From positions 25,136 to 67,697 of the forward strand of contig NW_014040193.1 in assembly GCF_001186125.1 (NCBI RefSeq): DNA of 42,562 bases. The letters run 5' to 3'. Shown piece by piece: positions 1 to 11,377 of the stretch. Source of the stretch: Sphaeroforma arctica JP610. Lineage: Eukaryota. The position numbers were made by a program, and so were the translations under genes. Numbering within the stretch: the first letter of the stretch is position 1; every line of letters begins with the position of its first letter. The notes below the pieces were generated by a model. It saw only the letters and a program-made list of their open reading frames with translations. It was not told where the DNA came from and ran no database searches.

Positions 1-24
1 AATTTAGGTACAATGAGCGCCTTA

Positions 25-292
25 CATTGGTTGTATTTTCCGTCTCTTGGAGACCGTTAACAAAATCGCAGATCTCGACAGTATTTGCTGGACAGGGGTC
101 CAGTCCGCTCTAGGTGTGTAGATTACTTGGTCGTATGGTTTATGAGGGTCATTAAGTATGATATGTTCGACCAATTGGAGTGTGGAATTGAAGTTTTTAT
201 AAAAGACTTGAGCAGCTGTTATACCGAGGCCGGTTGTCCAATTGTCGTAGCTAGAGCCGTCTTCAGTAGGTATGGCTTTTCTCAGCCGACTC
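25..292 (-). other. Possible isolated coding exon of an unidentified gene continuing off the left edge
   Basis: Open frame (SRLRKAIPTEDGSSYDNW...KRRKIQP) with a ctaac branch-like motif and cccag acceptor on one side and a GTAAGG donor-like site on the other. No family recognised. Confidence 0.3.
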
Positions 293-339
293 TGGGACAT
301 AATAAGTTGTTAGAGTGTAATGTAGTATACTTTAAATCG

Positions 340-1150
340 AGTATAAAGGTATTTATTTCTGACCTCACCTTTGGTTTTATACCTAAGGTATTTGTGGTAT
401 TGTTCAGCCGCTTGGGCTGGCCAGGGTAAAACCTCATATAGTCAGTACGAAAAACCTCATGCATATTACATTAACACTTTGATTCTATTCTATTTCGACT
501 TCTACAAGTCAATCTCATCCAGATCACATGACTTTCTGCACACTTTGTGACTCACATAGGGACGCAGTTGTTTTTTTTAGAATGTTGCGGATAACAAACT
601 TAATTAAATCTCGGGAGTCGGCTAAGAAACATAAGCTTTCGAGAGTGAACCAACTCTGATATTTTTTTACAAACCCAAGAGGGTTTCTTGCTGTAAAATT
701 TGGCCTGATCTGTAGTCTCTCGGAGTTGATTAAGTTTCTGAGCCGACTCGAGAGTAGAGTAAGTTTGATCCGCAACAATTTAAAAATAGCTGCGTTCCTA
801 TGTGAGTCACAACCTATGCGGAAAGGCATCATGTGATCAGCGTGAGATTAACTTGCAGAGAAGTCGAAAACATCGTACTAAACTGATCAGAATTAATACG
901 CGAGTCTAATTTGTAAACCCCTGTTGCGATGAGAGTAAGAATTGAGATTAAGACCTTCAGTCGGTCTAAAATATCAAAATCAAACGAGATAACACATTGG
1001 TTTTTATTTATATTTGAATAATTTATTACAAGTTCCTTTTCCAATACTTCCAAAATGTTCTAAATTTACTTTGATGGCTCCAATGGCCTATGTAATTAGT
1101 ATGACTCACTACCTTGGATCCTATTTGAGACATTCGTAGATGTAGGATAT
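340..1150 (-). mobile_element. 3' part of a decayed non-LTR retrotransposon ORF2, split from its 5' part by the P element
   Basis: KVVSHTNYIGHW at about 1082-1116 resembles the RT domain-7 'KYLG' motif and is correctly ordered after the motifs at 7139-7900 once the P element is removed. Broken minus-strand ORFs 829-1053 and 524-832 follow, then an AATAAA-containing tail. Confidence 0.45.
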
Positions 1151-3114
1151 CATAGCCTCGTAAATAGAACAAGTCTGACATCATATATTTGGCATACTAA
1201 TTTTGGAGACAAGCAAAAGTGATGACGACAAAAACAATGATTTTTATGGTCCTATCTGAGTACAGATCTGACCCAAGCACACACACAAAACACTAGCTGA
1301 CACTACTTTATTATATACACTACGCTGTTTCTATGTCCTCTTCCTCTCGAATGGCTGCCAGAAGTACATCATTCTGTTGTAGGGCCATTGGGTTCAGAAG
1401 AGTTCTTCTAATACGTTCAACCATCTCCACTTTGGTGCCTTGCGCGACGTCAAGTAGATCACTAATCTTGCTTGCCTCATCGGTATTCCTCCCAAGTATG
1501 CTTCCGATACCGTGACTTTGTAAGTCTTTAAGTAGTAGACATCGTTTGCAAAGATTATAAATGTCGCCCCCAATGGCGCATTCGCACTTCGCAGAATGTC
1601 ATTGCACTTTTTCGAAGTCCACTTACCCGAGTTGTCAATGGCATGCGTTGAATGTTCAGTGCTGATCAACGATGTTGGTTGTCCTTTCTTTTTTGTTGGT
1701 CTTAACCATACTCAACGTTACGATAGTTGCCGCGCTCTTTATATTTAATACCAGTGACATGTTATTACATACGATGTTGTACAGCGTATTTAGAAGGTGG
1801 GGTACAATGGTGAGACTCCTGTCCTTGCTGCATGTAGTGCACAACTGTTTCAGTGATTGAAGTGCTCCACAAGTATCTACTCTATGTGAAATAAGTACGC
1901 GAATGACTCCGAGACCGACCCTGCTTGCGCTAGTAGATTCGTTAAATTGCTTCAGTAGAACTTTGCTGTTGATAATACACTCAACAATATCGAGTAATAA
2001 ACCTGTCATAACAACTACTGAGCGCAAAGGCCATGTCAAGCCCTTTCTGTCAGGTTGAGCTCTCAATGCACAAGAGTATTCAGCAAGAATTTGCTCATCT
2101 TCCTCGAGTCCTTTACCCATGCTCGCAACATTTTGGCAATCATCGCAACCAACGGGAAAATTGTTGAACAATTTGTACACAGCATACCCGGCAATATATG
2201 GAAGCGTCTTATCCTGTGTTGATATAACAGCCAACCTACTTCCGTAGTTCTGTAAGTGAATCCCAACGCCTTTGTAGTAGTTTTGCTTGTGTGCTCTCCA
2301 GCTCGTCCGTTTGTGCCTGCAAACCCTCAAATAGTAGTTTAAACAGTTCCCTGTTGTGACTTTGGTCGTCGTTTCTACATGTATCATACATTGCCCGTAT
2401 GAGGAGAGTCCTTTGTGAGTACAAATATGCAATTATATCTAAGCGGCGATTGCCGCCAGCCATTGCTCTTGCAACAAAAAAACTCATTTCAATAGGATCA
2501 TTATTAATCCTACCTGGCAAAAAAATATAACATATGTAATTCACCTAGCATATATCGTATAGATTTCACTGGACCACGAAGTGTATGCGACAAGGTAAAG
2601 AAGATTTCAGGAGTTAACCCCATCCTTCAATGGTTTCCGTCTTCGACGATCTAGAGTTGTAGCATCAGTCTCACTTACACCTTCGATTTTGCTTGCAGAT
2701 CCTCCTAGTTCACCGCTGGTCGAATCCATTTCATTGTCAGGTATGAATTTATCATCACTAGTGTTCCGATACCGTTACATATTCCAGCAATATTTAGTCC
2801 TAGAAGTTCATTGATCATAGTGTTCATATCGGCAGCCTGTATAATTTAATCAATAGCACAAAACAATATTGTGTAAGAATACTGTACATACATAAGCCTA
2901 AATCAATCACCTAAAACACAACGCTTTGCTTAATACATACCTCGTCAAAGCTCTCGCCAGTACCACTGTTGTATCTTCGGCTGTATCCTCATCTGCCTCG
3001 TTGCCATGATCATTATTGAAATTGTTATCACGGTCTATTACAAGCTCGATGGGGTCATACAAACCAGCGTACCATAGTTGTAACCAGGAGGCGATCTCTT
3101 CTGCCTCGTGTAGG

Positions 3115-4468
3115 GATAATATTATTTATTTCAAAAATGGCAAGTATGTATGATACAATGTATGAACATATGGAATGGCTCTCATAGTCGCTGTAGGGGT
3201 TCAGGAAAAATTGATGGGAAGAAGTGATCAGTAAATTCCCGTTTGAAGCTTGGGCCAAGTGAGTCGACGATGGAAGATATGTACTGAGTCAATTCGGGCC
3301 GGTGTTGACAAAATACTGTTACTATCGAATCGAAAGTGGTGGGCCGCCCGATGCCGGACAAAACTCTTCATGAAATGGATGACATAACTTCGGTATGGCT
3401 CTTCTTCAGAGCAATTTTCCCTAACGGCAAGCCCCCATCCCAATCAGTATTTGAAAAATACTGGCATGCCCAACCAGCCCTCAATCGCCACCACTTTCTC
3501 TGGTATCTTCCGTCTAAATCGGTATCTCAACCAAATCGCCGCGGAAGCTCCACCAGTTTTATCCGCTTTTGTGTTCCTAGCGACTCTGTCGCCCAGGTGA
3601 AACGACATGCAGCCCTTACGTGGAAATGGCAGCTTGATGAAAACATCGACCCCCGCTCCCAACAACATCCCAACGCTACGAAAGCAGCTTTAATTCACTA
3701 TCTCCGCACCAAGCGGGAGGCCAGCTGCACACATGAACGAGCGCCAAAAATTCTTGCCCGCAGCATGGATGCACTACTGAGCCCACTTGTCAACTCCACT
3801 AACGCAGACATCCTCCAATCTACCACGGACCGTCTCCAGAAGGCTTACCAAGCAAAGCATGATAAAAACTTCTTCTCACTTAACCCGCGAATCCCGGTAA
3901 ACGCTAAAGAATCAGCGCGTGCGGAACCCGGACGACTTCATATACCAACGGTCCCCCCGAGACAATCATCCGACACGATGGATAGCAATACGCAGCCTCA
4001 GCTATCCACGACGGACTCTTCGACGACAGGCAATGATGTAGAAATGGCTGACATCGTCAAAGAGGAGAGCCCAGTAGTATTGACCGATGATGAACAATGT
4101 TAGGCCCAATGAGGATGACGCTCTTCAACCCACAAGGACTCAACATGGACAACGCAGCACATACAGATAAGTGTTTGAACGTTATATCGATTTTAAGTCA
4201 GGTTGATGTTATGTGTGTGGTTGAAACCTGGCATAACACCACATTTCGTAATCATATACGCTCGAACACACACGACCACTTCTTCCCATCAATCTTTCCT
4301 GAACCACTACAGCGACTATGAGAGCCATACCATATGTTCCTACATTGTATCATACATACTTGCCATTTTTGAAATAAATAATATTATCCCTATCGAATGT
4401 TCCATATATTCGCTTGCTGACCTACTAAGTAGAGTACCCACCTCTGTGGTACGGATCGGGTCTGCGCC
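3115..4468 (-). mobile_element. 5'-truncated LINE 3' end (copy A, about 285 bp: 4399-4468 plus 3115-3330) inserted in the transposase
   Basis: Flanked by 12-bp TSD gcctcgtgtagg (3103-3114) / gcctcttgtagg (4469-4480). Removing it restores the transposase frame DDPRL(Q/H)EAEEIASWLQLWY. Its two halves join into one open frame ADPIRTTEVG...EHSIVTVFCQHRPE...DHFFPSIFPEPLQRL*, followed by an AATAAA tail. Confidence 0.8.
3331..4389 (+). mobile_element. Internally deleted LINE (copy B, same family as A): ORF1 3' part plus the APE-endonuclease start fused to the ORF2 C-terminus
   Basis: 9-bp TSD ctatcgaat at 3322-3330 and 4390-4398. ORF 3336-4103 (ORF1-like, 5'-truncated) overlaps ORF 4097-4321, which carries APE motifs LFNPQGL and DVMCVVETW and ends in the same DHFFPSIFPEPLQRL* and 3' UTR as copy A. 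Confidence 0.8.
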
Positions 4469-4969
4469 GCCTCTTGTAGGCGCGGATCGTCCGGCTGTGT
4501 GAAAGGATCAACCCTGGGCAGTCGTTTGTGTTTGCTCTTTGCTATGCTTACCGTGAGGAACTGTTCGGTGATGAAGTTGATAATCATCTCCAGAAAAAGG
4601 TATGCACCACTCGCCTGTTCTCCAAATTCCCTTCGAAGGGATTACGATATGTCACTATTAAATAGTAACAGTGCCGGAGCAACTTGTTGACGATCCAAGC
4701 TGCTTGGCCATACGGTCACTCTTCTAATACGAACCGGAGCAAATACTCTGTCTTTCATATACGTTTCCACTGTATATCGTATATCCCACCTAGTAGGTGA
4801 TAACCGGCTGAGAGTGTCATATCCGGATACTTGAAATTGTGACCTTTTCTAATGAGGTTATTTCTTACATATTTGATTAAGTGGATTAAACAGTATAGGG
4901 GGAATACCTGTGTTAGCGTGGGATGTGGAGGACTACTAGTAAAGTGCTAGTGTATCTAAAGTATGGTGC

Positions 4970-5125
4970 ATTCGAATGAATTTATTTATAATCCCACTCT
5001 CAGTTATATACTGATGGTGTTTGTACTAGTGTTCAACCACTTGGGTTGGCCAGGGTAAAAACTCATATGATCAGTATGAGAAACCTTATGCAGAACACTT
5101 TAGCACTCGGATATATTTTCTAGAA
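4970..5125 (-). repeat. Diverged copy of the segment at about 340-495, lying in a transposase intron
   Basis: cttgggttggccagggtaaaaactcatatgatcagtatgagaaaccttatgca (5040-5092) vs cttgggctggccagggtaaaacctcatatagtcagtacgaaaaacctcatgca (411-463), with weaker similarity on both flanks. Confidence 0.7.
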
Positions 5126-5190
5126 ATAAATATATCATATTCTCTGTTACTACACTCAGTCTCGGACCTCGGCTCTCGGCTAGCCGGTGG

Positions 5191-5348
5191 CCCGTATTCT
5201 ATAAATAGAATAATATGAGAAAAAGTCTTAAATTACTCTTACGTTCTCTCGGGCTGACCCACCTATACTTATATTAATTTGAGAACAAGTCCCAAATTAC
5301 TCTCGGGCTGACGACGTAAAACGTTATTAACGTATATAGAAATACGTT
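5191..5348. mobile_element. Possible small MITE in a transposase intron
   Basis: cccgtattctata (5191-5203) vs tatagaaatacg (5335-5346), an imperfect inverted pair. Internal direct repeats aaattactct and tctcgggctgac. Confidence 0.35.
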
Positions 5349-7138
5349 TTCTACTGTAGTCTCTCAACCTGCTGACCATTTATCTCAACACTGCTAGGTA
5401 AAGACTGCTGGGGTAGCACCAATCTATGTCCTGGCGGTTCTGGGCTTGTGTTCTGAAGTAGCAGCATTTGACAAGCTTTCCTGTTCACCGCGCTACCATC
5501 AAAGAGGATCAGACAAACAATAGCTTCTGTTTCTTGTGCCTTTGCATTAGTGATAGATGTATATCCGAATAGTTGCTCACCCGTCTGTTTTGATACAGGC
5601 CTCGACATTAGGTTGAGGGATAGCTTTTGACCGCTAACTGGTGTTAGTAAAAATGTTTAAATGTGGTTTGCTATCACTTCATGGTTGTTGTGCGCAGGTC
5701 TAAAGAACCGCGTCTTGTTTGTAAATGTATTTGTCGGTCGAATGTTGATCTCGTCGATATGTATCTTATACACCGAGTCGCGTATCAACGCCGTTCTATC
5801 CTTCACTACACATAGTGTATTAGGCATTATTCCTTCATTCTTTGCCTTAAATGCTGTGGAGTTTGATATTTGATAGTGCTATCACTTACACACGTTTGCA
5901 CTATGAATGAAAGCACAGCTGTATGTGCTGATAGAAACCTGCCCTATTTCTACCAGTAGCACTCTCCAATAGATGCTGTGCTCGCTTCAGTAGTACCTGA
6001 CATACTGATTACCAAGTATGTATTGGTTCGGTGCAGGGTACCAACACATCTGTCGTGTCTTCTACGTGTCTCACACGCTGTACTAAGCCGCTATGTTTGC
6101 TAAATTGGTGGAGACTAGTCTCAACATAGGTAACAGATTCTACATAAGAGTGTTTCTTGTTATAATTAGTCCTTTTTACCGAACAATGGGAGGGTGTATA
6201 CACAGATATACACACAGTATTTCCGTTCACTGGGAGTGAGGTGTATTCGCTGCACTAATGGTGTAGTGGCGATCTCGGAGTGGATTGGTCTTGTAAATAA
6301 TATCGCTTACTATCTCGCTGCTCTTCTACTTACCATTGTTTATGAAGGGGTAGCGGATTTCTGTATAGATTATTGAACTCTCCAATTGCACCATTCTCCA
6401 TACTTTCTACGACTAGCGCATGCTGTAACTGCTGATCGATTTTTTTTGTAGTAATTTCTTGCCAGCGCCTATACCCTCGATACTACATAATTCGTTGTAG
6501 TCAATAAGTAACAGTTGTCGTGAGTTTTCTTTCCATACTGGTGTACCTTTGGGAGATAGGGTTTTGAGATGCATGGTCGGAGATGCACCAAGAACTGTAC
6601 ATATTTCCCCACTCTTCTTTTGAACGAGATCGTGGGATGGAAGTGCATGATGCACATACGATGATCACTACGAGTCCAGTACAACCTCTCAACGTCTGCG
6701 GCTGTGAGATCACCCGGCTGTGAGATCACCATCGGGTTCAAATGAACGGCAACATGCGCCTATCCAAGCTTCTCGCATCATGTTGCTAAGATCTATCTTT
6801 CGCTTTGCTATTTGTGCGGCCTTCCCCGGTCTCGCCTATTATACGCTCCATGGCGAGGGATGCGTAAGAAAGACACCTTCTTCCCCTCCCAGATATCGCC
6901 GGTTTTATTGCTGCACGTGGCAACAGCACACGCCACCATAAAACTGCTATTAGCTACAAACACGTCTAAGGATCGATGTATAAACACATATCTGTTCTTA
7001 ATGTCAGTCGTAATATATGATGAACTTTTCTGCCGCCAAATTTTTATGCAGCATGGGCTGTTTTGTTGGTCTCTAAATTTTGAATGCCATTCACAAAAAA
7101 ATAGAAGGATGTCAGGCTTGTTTTTTAAAGAGGCTACG

Positions 7139-7900
7139 AGGATAATATAAACTAAAATTTAGAATTTCTGAACTACTACTTATAGATTTTGGTCCTCCCA
7201 TCAATATCCAATATCCAATAAATTGCTTTTCTTTTCTTTTTTTCACATTTCTTCAGATGGAGCTTTATAAATAATAGCAAATGTATCAACGTAACTTACG
7301 TTTTTATGTCTATCTACACCTTAGGCATGTGGTCGTGAACACTTAGTACTTCTAATGAGAAATATTCAATAAAGAACATCTAAAGGTGCGCCCTGTGTGA
7401 TCGATAATATTATGGCTCTTCCCAAGTGGCAGTCCCGATCATTCTTATACAAGCTACCACTGCTAAATCCTAACTTACTTGAATTGTATCTTATTTTAGT
7501 TTAACGTAGTCGAAACTTAGTAATATTCACTGAAGTATACATTCATAGTACATTTTTAAAGTAGACCAACGAATTAGTGTCATCTCAAACTATAGATGAC
7601 GCAACCGGCTTATTCGTCTCCTCAATTCAATCAGCAAATAATCAAATTACAATGCATACTGTAGGATTGAATTTAGTTCATTGACAGTTGGTCCCGCATA
7701 GCATAACAATACTCTTTCCCACGAACGTATTATTTCTCAACTATACTTCTTTCCTTCCCAGAGCAATCTAGCTACAACTTTATATAGATGCGATTGTAGA
7801 CAAACTCGTTAGTATGTTCATTTTTTCCTCGTATATAAAAGCACCTCTTCCGTGCTGTATATAAGCTTCCTTCATGAATTTCTTTCTACGAATTCGTACA
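7139..7900 (-). mobile_element. Decayed non-LTR reverse transcriptase core (host of the P insertion)
   Basis: In order on the minus strand: VLLYTRKK*TY*RVCLQSHLYKVVARLL (about 7761-7844; cf. 'K..YRPISLLS.LYK'), SITQGAPL (about 7381-7404; cf. 'GVPQGS.LSP') and SYVDT (about 7282-7296; cf. YxDD). Many stops. Confidence 0.6.
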
Positions 7901-9397
7901 ACTATTCTAGAGTAAGCGCTGACCTGAAGAGATACTATATTCGACCTCGATGGCATCACCTTCCACCGATATGATCGTATTGATATACTTTAAGCGCTCT
8001 CTTTCGTGTTGAATGCGTATAGTTAATGTTCAGTTTTTTAATCACATATCAGTGCCTTGGAACTTTTGCCTTCCTATCTAAGATGGCCACAATCTTTTCT
8101 GTAAAGCATATCAATGTATATAAATTATGAATACGTACATAAGCTTTAACTTTTATAATTAACAATTTGGAAACGACTAACTTGAATTCGCATACGAGTG
8201 TAAATTTCACTTGTAATTGTGGCAAAAGGACGCTTGGAAAGTATTATGTTTAGGAGCCGCTGAAAAGGGTTTTACGATGAAAATAGGGCTGTGTACGTAG
8301 ATGCATGAGGCCGCGGGATGGGATACTTAGCTTTGGTCAGAACAGAACGTCATTATGAGCCATACATATACGACATATTGAGGGCTTTTTCTTAAGAATG
8401 CGATAATGCACGATATAAAAACAAAATCTGTTTGAGGTGCTGCAAACCTTTAAGTAGAATCATGGTTCTAATAGATACTGTTTTTGTTATCAATTACCCG
8501 ACCCAGAACACATTACAGTAGCATACGTGCCTCATAAAAGAAAAAAGTGCCGAGATGAAGTCAATCTGTTGTTCGAGCATTCAAAGGAGTATTGCAACGA
8601 ATAATAGAGCAATATCGTATATGTTTCAATTTGATTTCTGTCGCTGGCTCCGACATTTTTGCTCAGCGAGTACACATATGTACCTTTGTGACCATCGGCA
8701 AGTTGTTCTGCACGTGTTAGTTTACCACGTATGACGGGAGGTAACCTCTGTAGTTCATAATGAAACTGTCACCAATCCAACGGCAACTTCAAACGCATTA
8801 ACATTCAGTTTTTAACTTCAAGAAAAATCGCTATTTAAAAACTAACAATTCATAATTGTGTATGCGTTTTTAATGTTATTCAAGTTCAAATATTCATCGA
8901 ACTACAAATACATCACCGATGATTGCACGGTATACAAATTAAATATCAACCAAGCCATCAAAAATAAATGAAGATATCATAATATGATTTCTTAACGTCA
9001 AACAAACTATATGTAAGCAGATTTCTACGGTTCGTAATCCATGCTTGTCCATACAACCTTTAAGCATACAGTACTTATTCAGACCGTTTCGATATGCAAT
9101 GCACCAAAATAATCTCGATATTGCAAACAGAAAGTTGAACTATCCATAGTACGGGATGTATATTTGAGTTGAATTATAACATACAACCAGTGTGTGACAC
9201 TCTACTTTTGTTTATTTAATTGCAGAGCCGTAAGAACCATACACAGACCTTCATGCATATTTCTCTGTGCCCCACCTTATAAACGTACATAGGACCAGTA
9301 GTATGGATGTATGAAACTGTGCAGCTCTCACCGATTCCATGCCACATAATAATAACATGTTGTGCACGTTTCATTCCTACATACCTCGGCGAATATT

Positions 9398-10742
9398 TTA
9401 AAGATTGTGAACTGTAACAGGGGTGAACACAACAATCTCACAAATATTATCAGTATCATCTCGGCACACTACAAGGGCAGCTAGCAGTTTTGCATTCGCA
9501 GCTGTGCAATCGTCGAAAATCACCGAAGCGTGGCTATCAGTGAAATGATGAATGGCATCGATGGCAAGACTTTCATCGCGCAGTGGCATCGGCTGATAGG
9601 TCGAGACTGCTGCTTTTGATGTTATCGTTCGGCATATAACTGAATTTCCTATTGGATTCCTCTGTCAATCAGTCTTTGCCGACTAGGCAGTGATTACAGA
9701 CAAGGCAATGTCGAGCCATATCGGTGACTGTGATTGTTGCTACAGTCAGCGATATAAAATTGAGCTATCTTTGCTTAAGAATATTCCAAACTCCTACTAC
9801 CTCAAATTAAATTGCATATACCTCATGCGCTTGTTTGGCCATATCGATTTCTAACAAAATCTGAATTATCTGAGAGCAATTGTAAAACTCCAATTTTCTG
9901 TCGTTTGTGAGATACCTGCTTGTATTCGCCGAGCACTATCTTCACCGTGTTTTGGAGGCTGATCGATAAGACGTTTGTCTTTGAGATACATTGCTAGATC
10001 GCATCCTCCAACCATATTCATGTTGTACAGTGTACGCATATGGCGAATATCAATAGACACTACATTCGAGCCTGCCCAGGTGGCATTATTTTGATATAGA
10101 AAGCTAGACTATTGTTCAAGGAAGATTTTCTATAAGATATTGTAACAGTACTAGTAAGGCTACCCTATCCTTGCCAATCTGTACGATGTCGTTTTTCTGC
10201 ATAGATCCACCGTAACCTCCCATTCACAATCAAGGGCGTATACATGCGGGTGTTCTGCACTGGTATTTGAATTAGCTAGCAGTGAAAGTCCATGAGATAG
10301 CTCATTAGAAGTCACTATAATTAGCACATACACAGAGGTACCATGAGATTACGCTTGGATATATTCACTTCAATACAAGCAGTAGGGGGTTTGGGTAGAA
10401 TACGCTTTACCATTTTGTTATTGTTTTCAGTACGAGTGTTGTTGCAACTTTGTGACTGTACTCCCAAACATGTTTTACCCATTTAGGCAAGTACGTGAGC
10501 ATAACGTCATAGTCAAAAAGCGAAAAGGCAACAAGATGAAGTTGAAGACGTATGTCGTCACAAGTAAAGCCTAAAGCATGGTTGACATGTATGCAATAGT
10601 GAAAATAGCCGGGATTGTCTGCTGTGTTGAACAGCGCATTTTGTAATAGAAACAGGGTCTGCGATGATTTTATATTATTACAAATACCAGTTTTATTAAC
10701 TTTCTGAATAGTCGGTCTATTTATATAATAGCTGTAGTCCAT
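9398..10742 (-). pseudogene. Frameshifted relic containing a WRN/EXD2-type DEDD 3'-5' exonuclease domain
   Basis: HVYALDCEW (about 10220-10246, ExoI), DIVQIGKDRVALLVLL..LP, and WAGSNVVSIDIRHM..GGCDLA (ExoII-like), spread over shifted frames with stops. Confidence 0.55.
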
Positions 10743-11377
10743 CTATTAACATACTAACCTTATAAGTTTTGATGACAAGAAAAGGTAGTAATAATTTTTG
10801 CACATCAATGAACTAATATATCTATACCACCTATTTATTTATTTATTAACATTGTGGGGTTGCGGGACTTATGTGTATTTACAAAATCTGCCACTGCGAA
10901 ACAAGAAGCATTGATAGTAGACGCTCACACTGATATGAGCCCAGAATTTAAGCGATCTAAAACCGAGAATCAAAATGTATCCGATATACTCAAAGACATA
11001 CGTGAAACACGGAATGAGCTGAAAAGACATCGATGATGAGACTTACCGTATTCAAAATTGAGTATCGATGAGTCGTAGAAGTGAATGCTGCACATGAGAA
11101 AGTAGTTTCCAAACTGCTATTGCAAAGGCATTCTCGAGCCGCAACGCAGTCGCTTCATGGAAAATCTATGGGTTCCAGCTCGTTGGTGATGGTGGGTTCA
11201 GCATCGATAGAACACCTGTACTTCAGCACCCTTAGTTCAAGACAGCATTAGGCGCAAATCGAACAGTATGCTCCATCGTGAAAATATATAATTCGGACAC
11301 CACTGCCTTATACCTCAAAGTCCGTCGAGCACTACCAATATGGAGAGTTTACGGGACGTATTATTATGAACCTGGGA

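Larger units (their letters stand above)
1320..6939 (-). pseudogene. THAP-domain P-element transposase pseudogene with introns, stops and frameshifts
   Basis: THAP domain: MVACAVATC..SFLRIP..REAW..CIMHF from ATG 6939. Catalytic core: IHIDEINIRP (D about 5753), LFDGSAVNRK (D about 5498), YCLIHLIKYVRNNL (C/D-x2-H, about 4890), RQQVAPALLLF, DDPRL, GLTPE..LSHT, GRINNDPIE (E about 2488). C-terminal region: YIAGY..CDDC..GLTWP. One intron at 2837-2940 and another ending at about 4908. A 16-bp tandem duplication at 6699-6730 frameshifts the THAP domain. Confidence 0.9.
1151..7138 (-). mobile_element. P-superfamily (THAP9-like) DNA transposon, both ends present but inactivated
   Basis: Imperfect TIRs: catagcctcgtaaatagaacaagtctgacatc (1151-1182) vs gatgtcaggcttgttttttaaagaggctacg (7108-7138). 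Subterminal inverted similarity extends to about 1228/7061. 7-bp TSD aggatat (1144-1150) / aggataa (7139-7145). Transposase motifs inside. Confidence 0.9.

Noticed and set aside
3111..4392. 115-bp inverted repeats as TIRs of a DNA transposon carrying a LINE fragment
   Set aside because: Two separate TSD pairs and restored reading frames are better explained by nested opposite-orientation LINE 3' ends.
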